Below, piece by piece: positions 8,883 through 19,406 of a stretch of DNA of 64,000 nucleotides. The notes beneath the pieces were generated by a model that saw only the letters and a list, made by a program, of their open reading frames with translations, was not told the origin of the DNA and ran no database searches. This stretch comes from an uncultured Solirubrobacterales bacterium (lineage in GTDB: Bacteria > Actinomycetota > Thermoleophilia > Solirubrobacterales > Solirubrobacteraceae), in contig OY970168.1 in the NCBI GenBank assembly GCA_963706765.1, forward strand, positions 2,886,700 through 2,950,699, written 5' to 3'. The position numbers and the translations under genes were made by a program. Numbering within the stretch: the stretch's first letter is position 1; each line of letters begins with the position of its first letter.

Positions 8883-9938
8883 CTAGCTGCTCTCGCGGGG
8901 CGCACTGAATGGCAGCTCGACCACTTGTGCGCTGCCCAGGTGCGTGCCGTCGGCCAGGTCCTGGTCCGCGCCTTCGTCCCGGCTTGGCACTCGCACCTGA
9001 ACCTCCGTCCCCGGCGGCGCCTCGCGGCGCACCAGCGCGAGGCCCAACGGACCGAAGGTGGGGGACAGGGCACAGCTGCTCAGCGTCCCGGCCACGCGCT
9101 CGCCGACTAGCAGCTGCGCGCCCGGCGCAGCCGGCTCGCTCAGGAGCAGCCCGCGCAGGTTGCGGTTGGGCTTGCCCCTGTAATGCAGCCTCGCGACCGT
9201 CTCCTGGCCCACGTAACAGCCCTTCGTGAAGCTCACCGCCCGCTCGTTCAGGCCCGCCTCCTGGGGGATCGTGCTGTCATCGAGGTCGATCCCGTAGCGC
9301 GGCTCTCCACGCTCGATCCGCACGACCTCGGCGGCCGCTTCCGAGACCGGGGACGCGCCGCTCTGCAGCAGCGAGTCCACGAGCGCCTGCTTCTCGGGGG
9401 CCTGGCAGACCAGGTCGATGCCCACCGCCGTCCGTATCGCCCGTGCGTCGAGGTTCCCGAGCCGGACTCGCACGTGCCGATGCTCGGACTCTCCCATCAG
9501 CTCCGGCGCGAGGATCGCGTCCGTGTGCGGTCCGATCAGCGACAACATGCCCAGCTCGAGAGTCCGCTTGTGCAGCTCGACCCGATAGCCGATCTGGAAG
9601 CGGCGAATCATGTCGAACAGCGACTGCAGCGCAGAGCGCTCGGTATCGAGCAGCAGCTCGAGCGGCTCTCGCCCGATCGCGAGTATCCGCAGGTCGCCGA
9701 GCATCTTGCCCTTGTGCGTCAGGAACGCCGCGTAGCAGCCTTCGCCGGCCTGTAGATCGGAGAGCTCGTTGGTGACCTGCCCATTGAGGAACTCAACAGC
9801 GTCGCGTCCGGTCAGCAGCAGCTTGCCGCGCTCGGAGCGGTCGAGCAGCCCACAGCCCTCCGTCAAAATGCGGTACTCGTGCTCGATCGCCGCCGCGCTC
9901 ACGCGCCGGGGAGCCATCGCTGAGTCCTGCACAGCCAT
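8883..9938 (-). CDS. ygfZ: Folate-binding protein YgfZ / GcvT family
   Basis: KGCYVGQETVARL signature, FLTHKGK. Confidence 0.9.
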   Translation of the reverse strand: MAVQDSAMAPRRVSAAAIEHEYRILTEGCGLLDRSERGKLLLTGRDAVEFLNGQVTNELSDLQAGEGCYAAFLTHKGKMLGDLRILAIGREPLELLLDTERSALQSLFDMIRRFQIGYRVELHKRTLELGMLSLIGPHTDAILAPELMGESEHRHVRVRLGNLDARAIRTAVGIDLVCQAPEKQALVDSLLQSGASPVSEAAAEVVRIERGEPRYGIDLDDSTIPQEAGLNERAVSFTKGCYVGQETVARLHYRGKPNRNLRGLLLSEPAAPGAQLLVGERVAGTLSSCALSPTFGPLGLALVRREAPPGTEVQVRVPSRDEGADQDLADGTHLGSAQVVELPFSAPRESS

Positions 9939-9972
9939 CTCGCTCGAGGATAGCCACGCTACCCTTCCGTCG

Positions 9973-10338
9973 ATGGCCCTGCTCGCGGAGGATTTCCAGG
10001 CGATAGTCGACTCGCTTCCCGACGACTGGACCGACCTCGAGCTGGACCTGCGTCTCGCCGATGAGTCGCGCTATGTCGAAGCTGCGGTGTACCTGGTGAC
10101 GTGCAATGCGCGTCCCTACTCCAAATACGACTGGCACTGGAGCCTGCTCGTGGCCCACCGCTTCGGCCACGCCGCCTCGGCCCCGACCGTCCACGGCGCG
10201 CTGGCGCTGCTCGACGAAGCCCAGATCGCCGGGGAGCTCGCCATGCGGGAGGTCCGCACCGGGCGTGCGGAGATCGTCCCCGGCTGGGGCCGGCCGGAGT
10301 CCGCGCGCGAGGAGTTCAAGCGCTTGCGCGCGCTCTAG
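9973..10338 (+). CDS. Hypothetical protein
   Basis: Divergent from ygfZ with protein-like composition (MALLAEDFQAIVDSLPDDWTDLELD...). Confidence 0.7.
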   Translation: MALLAEDFQAIVDSLPDDWTDLELDLRLADESRYVEAAVYLVTCNARPYSKYDWHWSLLVAHRFGHAASAPTVHGALALLDEAQIAGELAMREVRTGRAEIVPGWGRPESAREEFKRLRAL

Positions 10339-10355
10339 CTGCTGGGGGCCCCGAG

Positions 10356-10772
10356 ATGGCCGCGCGCGTGCTCGCGCTGATCCCAGACCTGCTGTTCGGC
10401 TCGCGCGTGAAGGCCTCGCTCGCCGCCGCGAGCTGCGACGTCGAGCTGCTCGCCAGCGACTCACAACTTCGCGAGCACCTGGCGCGGACGCCCCCGTCCT
10501 CGCCCACGGTGCTGATCGTGGACCTGACCGATCCCGACCTCGACGGGCCCGCGATCGTGCGCGGGCTGCGCGAGGCGCAGGCGCAGGCGCAGGGACCGGC
10601 CCGACGGGACGGCGAGGGCGATGCACGGCTCCGCGTGCTGGGCTTCTATTCGCACGTCGACGCGCAGGCGCGCCGGCGGGCCGAGGATGCGGGCTTCGAC
10701 GTCGTCGTGCCGCGCTCGCGGATGGCGCGCGAGTCGGCCGAACTGGTGCTCGCGCTCGCGCAGCGCGGCTGA
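10356..10772 (+). CDS. Stand-alone response-regulator receiver-like protein
   Basis: VLALIPDLLF, VLIVDL and VLGFYSHVD follow the receiver beta-strand pattern; the conserved Lys is not evident. Confidence 0.65.
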   Translation: MAARVLALIPDLLFGSRVKASLAAASCDVELLASDSQLREHLARTPPSSPTVLIVDLTDPDLDGPAIVRGLREAQAQAQGPARRDGEGDARLRVLGFYSHVDAQARRRAEDAGFDVVVPRSRMARESAELVLALAQRG

Positions 10773-10849
10773 GCGGCGCGAGTCCGCGCGCCGCGCGCCG
10801 CGCGCCGCGTGTTAGGCGTCGCGCGTCGGAGCGCCGCGCAGGCGCTCGC

Positions 10850-12986
10850 TCAGCTGACGGTGAATGCGCTCGGGCTGCTGACGGTGCCGGTGGGAGCGCT
10901 CGTGTTGGTGACTGTCACAGTCCCGCTCTGAGCGCCTGCGGGGACTGTCGCCTTGAGCTTGCTCGAGGAGATCGAGGTCACGCTCACAGCGGGGCTGCCG
11001 GCGAAGCTGACGCTCGAGGAGCTGTTGAAGCCGAGCCCTTTGATCGTCACGACCTTTCCGGGTGCGCCGCTCGCGGGGTTCACGCGAGTGATCGACAGCG
11101 AGGGGGTGAACTTCGTCGGGCTCTTGGCGCTGCCGGAGGGGGTGGTGACGGTGATCTTTCCCGCGGCTGCGCCATTGGGGATGGTCGCTTCGATCGCTGA
11201 CGCCGACAGGACAGTGAAGTTCGCGGGTAGCTTGCCGATCATCACCTGGGTGGCGCCCGCCAGGCCGCTGCCTTCGATCGTCAGCTGCGCGCCCGTGATC
11301 GCCGCGGCGGGAGCGAAGCCGCTGATGTGCGGAGGGCCGGCCGCAGGGACGACCTTGGTCGCGGCTGAGACGGCCGGCGATCCTTCTCCGGAGCTGTCGG
11401 CCGCGATCTCCTGGACGCGCAGCGTCGAGGAGATGTCGGCTGTGGTGAGACTGTATGTCTGGAGGTTCGCGCTTGCAATCGGCTGGCAGGCGAGCCCGGT
11501 GGAGTTGCAGCGCTCCCACTGGTAGGAGTAGGAGCTCGGTTCGATGCTCCATTCGGCATGAGCCTCCGTGAGCGTTTCGCCCTGCTCGACCGTTCCGGAG
11601 ATAGTCAGCGGGGCGAGCTCAACGGGGGTGCCCGGAAGCGAGAACGCGCCCAGCCCGACCGGGCTGCCGACGCCCGTGGGCCCGTCATAGCCGGCGCCCG
11701 CCTTGCACTCGCTGGTGATACCGCAGCTGCCGTTGCTTCCAGACACGACGTCATAGAGCGCATCCGATTCGCCGAAATGGCCGTATAGGGTCGCCGCGGC
11801 ATGCGCGACCCCGTGCGAGCCGCCGGCGAGGGCGAACTCCGATGCGACGATCGGCGAGGACACCGAGGTGCCTCCCCAGACGCCCCAGCCGGTCGGGTCG
11901 CCGCGGCCGTCGGGAGTGCTGTCGTAGACGTCAACTCCCGTCTGCGGATTGCCGATCGCAGCGACATCGGCTACCGAGCGTGCGCTGGCGCAGCCCGTGG
12001 CGGAGAAGTCTGCGAGTTCGCTCTGCCACAGCGCTGCGGAGAACATCGAGCTGCAGCCGCTGCCTCCTTCGCCCCAGGCGGTGCTGGTCCAGGCACCGGC
12101 ATGTTCCTTGAGCGTCGTACCGCCGACCGCGACGACGTTCGGGGAGTCGGCCGGGAAGTTCGCGCCCACCGGGTCACGGCGGCAGCTCTCGTTCAGGTAG
12201 CCGCAGTCGCCCGAGCTCACCGTCACGACCACGCCGGGATGGTCGTAGCCGGGGGCGTCGGCGTTGTCGCCGGCAACCTCGGTGGCGCCATAGGAGTTGC
12301 TGATCTCGCTTGCTCCAGCGCTCGCGGCGGTGTCGACCGCGGTGCTGAGGTCGCTGAATTCTTCGCTGCTCGCCTCCACCAGCAGCACGTGGCAGTTCTG
12401 GCAGATCGCATGCGCCATCTGCACGTCGATCGAGATCTCCGTGTCCCATTCGCCCTGTTTTTGTGGCAGCGGGCTCGCGTTCCCATGCTCATTGACCTTG
12501 CGAAAGCAGCCATTCGCGCTCGTGCACGGGGGAAGTCCGAACTGCTCGTCATAGACAGCGAGGTCCGATTCGGCGGTCGGATCGTCGAATGCATCCACCA
12601 CCGCGACCGTCTGGGCCGCCGAAGGTGTCGTTTCGTTCGGCAGCGAGTAGGCGCTGTGCAGGCTCTGGGCAGTCAGGAATCCGGGCACAGGCGAGCCCTG
12701 CCCGACCGCGGGCCGCGTCCCGCGCGCGAGCGCCTGGGCGTCCCGTTGCGCTTCCGCGTTGCGCTGGGCTTCGGTCAGGGACGCGGGCAGGAGCCGCTCG
12801 GACAGGCACGAGGCGCCACCGGGGCGGATCGTCGTGCACAGACGCTGGAATCCGATAGGGCGCCGAGAACGAAGCGAGCGCCACGCTGGCGACGAGCACC
12901 GAGGCAGAGCACGCGAGCACCACAGCGAGCAGCGCCGGCAGCGCGAGCCGCGTCCCTGCGGTATGCCCGATCCTCCCTCTGTCCAC
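10850..12986 (-). CDS. Secreted S53 (sedolisin) serine protease with Ig-like and two IPT/TIG domains; probable 1-bp frameshift near 12850
   Basis: EISIDV (Glu/Asp), SSGD and GGTSVSSP catalytic motifs. The signal peptide (LALPALLAVVLACSASVLVASVALA) is in a different frame from the rest. Confidence 0.85.
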
Positions 12987-13165
12987 CGGGCCGCATCGTA
13001 GCGCCGCGGAGGCGGCCGGCTCGCAAGTTCGCGCGCAGCCCGACCGACATTCGAGGGCGTGAACGCACTCACTGCGCCCTCGCCTCGCGCGCGTTGAGGG
13101 CGCGAATGCGCCTCGGGCGCTCTCGCCTCTCGTCTCGCGCCTCTCGCCTCGCGCGTGCAGCCTCG

Positions 13166-13774
13166 CTAGCTCGCGGGCGTCGCCTCCTCGCCGCGGCTCT
13201 CCTCCCGCAGCGCGAGCGCCGGGTCGAGCGGGACGAGCGCGCCGTTGGCCACGCGCTGGGCGCGCGGCTCCCAGTGGCCGGCGCGCGATGAGAGGGCTGC
13301 GCGGATCACCATCCCGTGGCACACCACCAGCGCCGGCAGCGGTCCCTGTTCGACGTCGAGCAGAGCAGCGGCTACTCGCTGCTCCTGTTCTGCGAAGGAC
13401 TCGCCGCCGGGGAACGCGAAGCTCGAGTCTCCGTTGATGAACTTCGCGAACAGCTCGGGCTCGCGCGGCTGCACGTCGGCGAACAGCTCATCGGTCCAGT
13501 CGCCCGCATCTGTCTCCACAAAGCGCTCCTCCTCGCGCAGCTCGAGCCCGATCCTGGCGGCCACGACCTCGGCGGTTTCATGCGCTCGCAGCAGCGTGCT
13601 GCACCACAGCGCCGCGAATCCGAAGCCGGCCGCATGCTCGGCCAGCTCGGCGGCCTGGCGCCGGCCGGTGTCGTCGAGCGGGACCGCCTGGCGACCCTGA
13701 AAACGGCGTTCCAGGTTGTAGGCGGTCTGGCCATGACGTGCGAGATAGACTCGCGCTTGCCCGGGCGTCGACAC
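13166..13774 (-). CDS. Histidine phosphatase (phosphoglycerate mutase) family protein
   Basis: LARHGQT motif, ETDAGDW, VCHG. Confidence 0.9.
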   Translation of the reverse strand: MSTPGQARVYLARHGQTAYNLERRFQGRQAVPLDDTGRRQAAELAEHAAGFGFAALWCSTLLRAHETAEVVAARIGLELREEERFVETDAGDWTDELFADVQPREPELFAKFINGDSSFAFPGGESFAEQEQRVAAALLDVEQGPLPALVVCHGMVIRAALSSRAGHWEPRAQRVANGALVPLDPALALREESRGEEATPAS

Positions 13775-13918
13775 GGCCGCGGAGGATAGAGGGCCTCGCT
13801 TGCGCGGGTCATGGAGAGCGCGCATGATCGCTCGGCATACTCGGGCTGCCGCCGAGGCGCAGGCGGTCTCGCGCCGAGACCGATCACCGACATCGACGAT
13901 TTTCGGAGGACCTTCCAG

Positions 13919-15466
13919 ATGAGTGACGCCAAGCCCCCGCAGAGCACCACCGATGCAGGCATACCGGCGCCCAGCGACGAGCACTCGCTCACGCTCGGAC
14001 CGGATGGGCCGATCCTGCTGCAGGACCACTACCTGATCCAGAAGATGGCTCAGTTCAATCGCGAGCGCGTACCGGAGCGGGTGGTGCACGCGAAGGGGGG
14101 CGCAGCTCACGGGTTCTTCGAAGTCACGGAGGACCTCACGCAGTGGACGAGCGCTGCGTTCCTGGCGCAGAAGGGCAAGCGCACCGACACCTTCCTGCGC
14201 TTCTCCACAGTCGCGGGGGAGCTCGGGTCGGCGGACACCGTGCGCGACCCGCGGGGGTTCGCGCTGAAGTTCTACACCGAGCAGGGCAACTACGACCTGG
14301 TCGGCAACAACACCCCGATCTTCTTCATCCGCGACCCCTCGAAGTTCTCGGACTTCATCCACTCCCAGAAGCGCATGCCCGACACGAACACGCGCTCCAA
14401 CAACGCCCAGTGGGACTTCTGGTCGCTCTCGCCCGAGTCCTATCACCAGGTGTCCTTCCTGATGTCCGACCGCGGCACCCCGCGCACGTGGCGGCACATG
14501 AACGGCTATGGCAGCCACACCTTCATGTGGGTCAATGCCGCCGGCGAGCGCTTCTGGATCAAGTACCACTTCAAGACCGTCCAGGGGATCGAGAGCTTCA
14601 CCGATTCAGAAGCCAAGGCGATGGCGGCGGAGGACCCCGACTACCACCTGCGTGACCTGTTCGAGTCGATCGCCCGCGATGATGCCCCCGAGTGGAGCGT
14701 TCAGATCCAGGTGATGCCGTTCGAGGACGCCAAGGACTACCGCTTCAACCCCTTCGACCTGACCAAGGTCTGGCCCCATGGCGACTACCCGCCGATCACG
14801 ATCGGCCGCCTGGTGCTCGACCGCAACCCGGAGAACTACTTCGCCGAAGTCGAGCAGGCGTCGTTCGAGCCCGCGAACATGGTGCCGGGCATCGGTCCGA
14901 GCCCCGATCGGATGCTGCTCGGGCGGCTGTTCAGCTACCCCGACACCCATCGCTACCGGATCGGTCCCAACTACCTGCAGCTGCCGATCAACCGGCCGCG
15001 CAGTGAGGTGCGCTCATACAACAAGGACGGCGCCATGCGCTACGAGCACGCGGGCGCCCAGCCGGTGTATGCGCCCAACAGCTTCGGCGGTCCCCACGCC
15101 GATCCCAAGGCTCACCCCGACCCCTCCTGGTGGGCCGACGGCGAGATCGTGCGCACCGCCCAGACGCTGCACAGCGAGGACGGCGACTTCGTCCAGGCGG
15201 GGACTCTCTACCGCGAGGTCCTGTCCGAGCGCGACCGCACGCATCTGGTCGAGAACATCATCGGTCACCTCGGCAACGACGTCAGCCGCGAGGTCCAGCA
15301 GCGCGCGGCTGGGCACTGGCGCGAGGTCGACGCCGAGCTCGGCGCGCGCATCGCCGCGGGCATCGGCCTCGAGGGCTCGGGCAACGGCGCCGTTCCCGAG
15401 CATCCCGGCCAGCCCTCCGAGCAGGGAGCGGCGGTGGCCGGCGCCGCCGAGCCCGCGCGCGGCTGA
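13919..15466 (+). CDS. katA: Monofunctional heme catalase (small subunit)
   Basis: RERVPERVVHAKG, VGNNTPIFF and RLFSYPDTHRYR motifs; GGAGGA RBS. Confidence 0.97.
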   Translation: MSDAKPPQSTTDAGIPAPSDEHSLTLGPDGPILLQDHYLIQKMAQFNRERVPERVVHAKGGAAHGFFEVTEDLTQWTSAAFLAQKGKRTDTFLRFSTVAGELGSADTVRDPRGFALKFYTEQGNYDLVGNNTPIFFIRDPSKFSDFIHSQKRMPDTNTRSNNAQWDFWSLSPESYHQVSFLMSDRGTPRTWRHMNGYGSHTFMWVNAAGERFWIKYHFKTVQGIESFTDSEAKAMAAEDPDYHLRDLFESIARDDAPEWSVQIQVMPFEDAKDYRFNPFDLTKVWPHGDYPPITIGRLVLDRNPENYFAEVEQASFEPANMVPGIGPSPDRMLLGRLFSYPDTHRYRIGPNYLQLPINRPRSEVRSYNKDGAMRYEHAGAQPVYAPNSFGGPHADPKAHPDPSWWADGEIVRTAQTLHSEDGDFVQAGTLYREVLSERDRTHLVENIIGHLGNDVSREVQQRAAGHWREVDAELGARIAAGIGLEGSGNGAVPEHPGQPSEQGAAVAGAAEPARG

Positions 15467-15485
15467 ACGAGTGCGATCGATCTGC

Positions 15486-15556
15486 GGACGGGCCGCATGC
15501 GGCCCGTCCCGGGGCCGCACATGTGCGGCCCCGCCGGTCGGCGCATGCGCCGACCG
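15486..15556. repeat. Three back-to-back perfect palindromes (24, 24, 22 bp), each centred on CATG
   Basis: GGACGGGCCGCATGCGGCCCGTCC; CGGGGCCGCACATGTGCGGCCCCG; CGGTCGGCGCATGCGCCGACCG. Confidence 0.9.
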
Positions 15557-15620
15557 CACTGCCGGCTGCGCGTCGGCGGTGCATGGCCCAGGCACGCGCA
15601 CGCTAGAGCCCTAGACTGCG

Positions 15621-17858
15621 ATGGCAATGCGGCGCAGGGTGACCTTCTCGCGCAATCTGACGCTGTCGCTGTCGCGCACGTGTCGCTGCTACTGCAAGTA
15701 CTGCGCCTTCGCCACCCACCAGGCGCATCTGCATCCGCCCGATGAGGTGCTGCAGATTCTCGATCGTGCGCAGCGACGCAACGTCAAGGAGCTGCTCGTG
15801 CTGACGGGCGAGCGCCCGGAGGTCAACGGCGAGGTCGCGGCGCGGCTGCGCGAGTACGGGCACGAGGACTTCACCTCCTATGTCGTGTGGACATGCGAGC
15901 GCGCGCTCGAGCGGGGCCTGTTGCCGCATACGAACCTGGGCGTGCTCGCGCGCGAGGATCTCGTGCGCCTGCGCGAGGTGACGGCTTCGCAGGGGCTGAT
16001 GCTCGAGTCGGTCTCCGAGCGGCTGATGGAGACGGTCCATGCGGGCTCGCCGACCAAGCATCCCGCGCAGCGCCTGCAGACGATCCGGCTCGCGGGCGAG
16101 CTGCGAATCCCGTTCACCAGCGGGATCCTCGTGGGGATCGGCGAGAGCGAGGAGGAGCGCATGCAGTCGCTGGACGCGCTCGCCGCTCTGCATGCCGAGC
16201 ACGGTCACATACAGGAGGTGATCCTGCAGAACTTCGTTCCCCACCAGAGCTACTACGGGCGCGAGCCCGCGGAGATCGCCGATGCGGCCGCGCGCGAGTA
16301 CTGGCGCACCGGCGTGGGGGAGGGCAGGCCGCAGCTGCAGCTGCCCGCATGGGCTTGTCCGGTGAGCATCGATGACATGAAGCGCCTCGTCGCCGAGGCC
16401 CGCAGGCTGATGCCCGGCGTCGGTATCCAGATCCCGCCGAACCTCGCCGACTGGTGGCCTGAGCTGATCGCCTCGGGGGCGAGCGACCTCGGCGGGCTGA
16501 GCGCCAACGGCGATCACATATCCCCCGAGCACCCGTTTCCCTCGCCCCACCAGGTCCGCATCCGCTTGCAGCGCGACGGGATCGCGCTGACCGAGCGCCT
16601 GTGCGTGTACCCGAGCTACATCTCCGCAGACTGGCTCTCACGCGGGGTGCTGGACACGATCAAGGTCAAGTACTGGAGCTTCATCCCCAGGCGCGGCTCG
16701 GGGCGCACCGACCCGCCCGCGCCGATCCGCCGCGACCTAGTGGCGGGCGCGGTGGCGCGTGCGCGCGAGGGGCGACCGCTCGATGGCGAGGAGCTGACTG
16801 CGCTGTTCGCCGAGACTCGCCCCCAGGCGATCGAGGAGATCCGGCTCGCCGCTGATGAGCTGCGCTCGGAGCTCGCCGGGGAGACGGTCACGTTCGTCGT
16901 AAATCGCAACATCAACGTCTCCAACGTCTGCACCGTCGGCTGCGCCTTCTGCGGCTTCGGCCAGAGCAGGCGCTCGCCCGACGCATACGAGCACTCCGAG
17001 GAGGAGTTCGCAAGGCGCGTGCGCGAGGCGCTCGCCTACGGCGCCAGCGAGCTCTGCATCCAGTCGGGCATCCACCCCGACTGGGCCCTCGAGGACTATT
17101 TGCACTGGCTCACCTTCGCCAAGCGCGTCGCTGCTGGCGAGGGGGCGGACATCCACCTGCATGCATACAGCCCAATGGAGATCGCGCACATGTGCGACGT
17201 CTCCGGCCTGCCTCCCGCGGAGGTGTTCGCGCGCCTGCGCGATGCCGGTCTCGGATCGACGCCGGGCACCGCCGCGGAGGTGCTCCACGATGGAGTGCGC
17301 GAACGGATCTCGCCGAACAAGCTGCCGGTGGCCCGCTGGGTGGAGATCATCGAGGCCTCTCACCGCGCCGGGCTGCGTTCGACTGCGACCGTGATGTTCG
17401 GCCATATCGAGGAGCCCTGGGAGCTCGCCGAGCACATGCGGGTCGTCCGCGAGCTGCAGGAGCGCACCGGCGGCATAACCGAGTTCGTGCCCCTGTCCTT
17501 CATCCCCTTCCAGACGCTCCTCGGGCGCACCCACGGCGTGGAGGAGATCTCGCGCGCGGAAAACCTCAAGCACACCGCCGTCTTTCGGCTGGCGCTCGGT
17601 CGCACCGTGGCGAGCCTGCAGGCGAGCTGGGTGAAGATGGGCCTCGACGCCGCCACCGAGTCGCTGCGCTGGGGCGTCAACGATCTCGGCGGGACGCTGA
17701 TGGAGGAGTCGATCAGCCGCCTCGCGGGCAGCTACCACGGCACGAGGCTCGACCCCGAGGAGCTGATCGCCGCCGCGCACCGCGCCGGCAGGCCCGCCGC
17801 GGAGCGCAGCACCCTGTATGAGATTCGGCGTCGCTACGAGCTGCCGGTCGCAGCCTGA
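15621..17858 (+). CDS. fbiC: FO synthase, fused CofG/CofH
   Basis: Two radical-SAM CX3CX2C motifs (CRCYCKYC and CTVGCAFC), QGLMLES, ASWVKMG, NDLGGTLMEESI. Confidence 0.95.
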   Translation: MAMRRRVTFSRNLTLSLSRTCRCYCKYCAFATHQAHLHPPDEVLQILDRAQRRNVKELLVLTGERPEVNGEVAARLREYGHEDFTSYVVWTCERALERGLLPHTNLGVLAREDLVRLREVTASQGLMLESVSERLMETVHAGSPTKHPAQRLQTIRLAGELRIPFTSGILVGIGESEEERMQSLDALAALHAEHGHIQEVILQNFVPHQSYYGREPAEIADAAAREYWRTGVGEGRPQLQLPAWACPVSIDDMKRLVAEARRLMPGVGIQIPPNLADWWPELIASGASDLGGLSANGDHISPEHPFPSPHQVRIRLQRDGIALTERLCVYPSYISADWLSRGVLDTIKVKYWSFIPRRGSGRTDPPAPIRRDLVAGAVARAREGRPLDGEELTALFAETRPQAIEEIRLAADELRSELAGETVTFVVNRNINVSNVCTVGCAFCGFGQSRRSPDAYEHSEEEFARRVREALAYGASELCIQSGIHPDWALEDYLHWLTFAKRVAAGEGADIHLHAYSPMEIAHMCDVSGLPPAEVFARLRDAGLGSTPGTAAEVLHDGVRERISPNKLPVARWVEIIEASHRAGLRSTATVMFGHIEEPWELAEHMRVVRELQERTGGITEFVPLSFIPFQTLLGRTHGVEEISRAENLKHTAVFRLALGRTVASLQASWVKMGLDAATESLRWGVNDLGGTLMEESISRLAGSYHGTRLDPEELIAAAHRAGRPAAERSTLYEIRRRYELPVAA

Positions 17859-17861
17859 ACG

Positions 17862-17887
17862 GGGGACGCCGCCGCGGCGGCGTCCCC
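17862..17887. terminator. Perfect 26-bp palindrome between convergent genes
   Basis: GGGGACGCCGCCG|CGGCGGCGTCCCC between the fbiC and carotenoid oxygenase stops. Confidence 0.6.
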
Positions 17888-17891
17888 AAGC

Positions 17892-19328
17892 TCAGGCGCG
17901 CGCGAACTGCCCGTGAAAGCCAAACGGGATGTGATGGGGCGCCTGGGCGCGGGCGAGCTCGGTCAGGTCGCTGGCGTCGAGCACGAGCAGGAACGAGCTC
18001 CCAGCGCGGGCGTCGAGCACCACTGACAGCAGCACCCCGTCGTCCTCTGCCTCCGCTTCCGGGCGGGCAACGAACACCGGCTCGCCCGGATAGCAGTCGG
18101 GCGCTGCGAAGCTCAGCGTCGGCGCGCCGGTTGTGTCGATCTTGACGATCCGTTCCAGCCAGCCGTGATCGCCGTTGGCGTTGCCCCAGACGTAGCGATA
18201 GGGGCGCTCATTGCAGCGGCGATAGTTGATCCGCGGCAGCTCGAGTTGCCCGTCCTCGAACGTCTGCTTGGTGACTGAACGGTCGGCGAGGCGCAGGCGG
18301 AAGCGGGTCAGGTCCGCGATCCCCACCGATTTCTGCGAGCGCAGGTTGTCGAGGTACAGGTCTTCGACGATCTCCGCATCGGGGTTCGCGCAGACGTCCA
18401 CCACGACCTCGTCGCCGTCCTCATATGCGTTGACATGATGGAATGCGAAGCACGCGTCCGTTTCGAAGCCGCTCAGCGCCTCGCCGCCGATGCGATCGAC
18501 GAGCGTGAAGCGCGTTCCCAGCTCGGGCTTCCAGCGGTAGTTCTCGATGTAGGGGCGTCCCGACAGCGCGAGCGTGAGCGGGTTGACCACGAACGGGAAC
18601 TCCGCCAGCACGAGCCAGCGCTCGGTGAGGCCGAAGGAATGCATGTAAGCGGGTTCGCGCACCGGCAGCGAGGCGATCACACGCGGCTGTTCCTCACCCG
18701 GTGGCACATGGAAGAAGCGGTAGCTGCTGCGCGGGCCGAGCTTCGCGGCGTAGTTGAGCATCCCCCCGGTCGCGCGGTCCGCGTGCGGATGGGCGGTCGA
18801 GAGCTCACCGGGAACCGTATAGGGGCGCACGCCCGCGGTCGCGAGCGTCTGCGGGTCGAACTGCACCGGCAGCGGAGTCTCGGTCATCGCGACGAAGCGC
18901 TCACCGAGCCTCGTGATGTTCACGTTCGCGTTGTCCGTGAGCGCGTTCTCGATCGAGAACAGCTTCTCCGTCGAGAACAGGCTCTGCACGCGCTTGAACA
19001 GCGAGCGGCAGGGATCGGTGGCGAACTCTCCGTAGACCATCCGCCCCTGCTCGCGCGCAGCCCGATAGGCGCGGCTGTTCAGGAAGCGGTTGCCGTAGGA
19101 CACGCGTCCACGATCGATCGTGAAGCGATGCAGCATCGCCAGCCCGTCGAACCAATGGCGCATCTGCTGCTCGCCCACCTCGAATTTCGCGGGCCCCGTT
19201 CGCAGCAGCGAGCCCTCCAGCCAGCTGGGGATCTTGCCGCTGAGCTCGAGCTCATCGACCGTCGTCTCCCGCTCGAGCGTGGAGAAGCCGAGCGCCGGGC
19301 CTGTCGTGCGAGCAGTCGCCATCGCCAT
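17892..19328 (-). CDS. Carotenoid oxygenase family (RPE65/CCD) dioxygenase
   Basis: HWFDGLAMLH, TAHPH, YMHSF, AFHHVNAYE, GEPVFV and IPFGFHG; four iron-binding His present. Confidence 0.93.
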   Translation of the reverse strand: MAMATARTTGPALGFSTLERETTVDELELSGKIPSWLEGSLLRTGPAKFEVGEQQMRHWFDGLAMLHRFTIDRGRVSYGNRFLNSRAYRAAREQGRMVYGEFATDPCRSLFKRVQSLFSTEKLFSIENALTDNANVNITRLGERFVAMTETPLPVQFDPQTLATAGVRPYTVPGELSTAHPHADRATGGMLNYAAKLGPRSSYRFFHVPPGEEQPRVIASLPVREPAYMHSFGLTERWLVLAEFPFVVNPLTLALSGRPYIENYRWKPELGTRFTLVDRIGGEALSGFETDACFAFHHVNAYEDGDEVVVDVCANPDAEIVEDLYLDNLRSQKSVGIADLTRFRLRLADRSVTKQTFEDGQLELPRINYRRCNERPYRYVWGNANGDHGWLERIVKIDTTGAPTLSFAAPDCYPGEPVFVARPEAEAEDDGVLLSVVLDARAGSSFLLVLDASDLTELARAQAPHHIPFGFHGQFARA

Positions 19329-19406
19329 AATAATTCCTCCTAAACGATTCGAAACGGACCGTTCGCACTGTACGCTATCCTGGCGAGCGTGTCAAGCACT
19401 CCGCGT

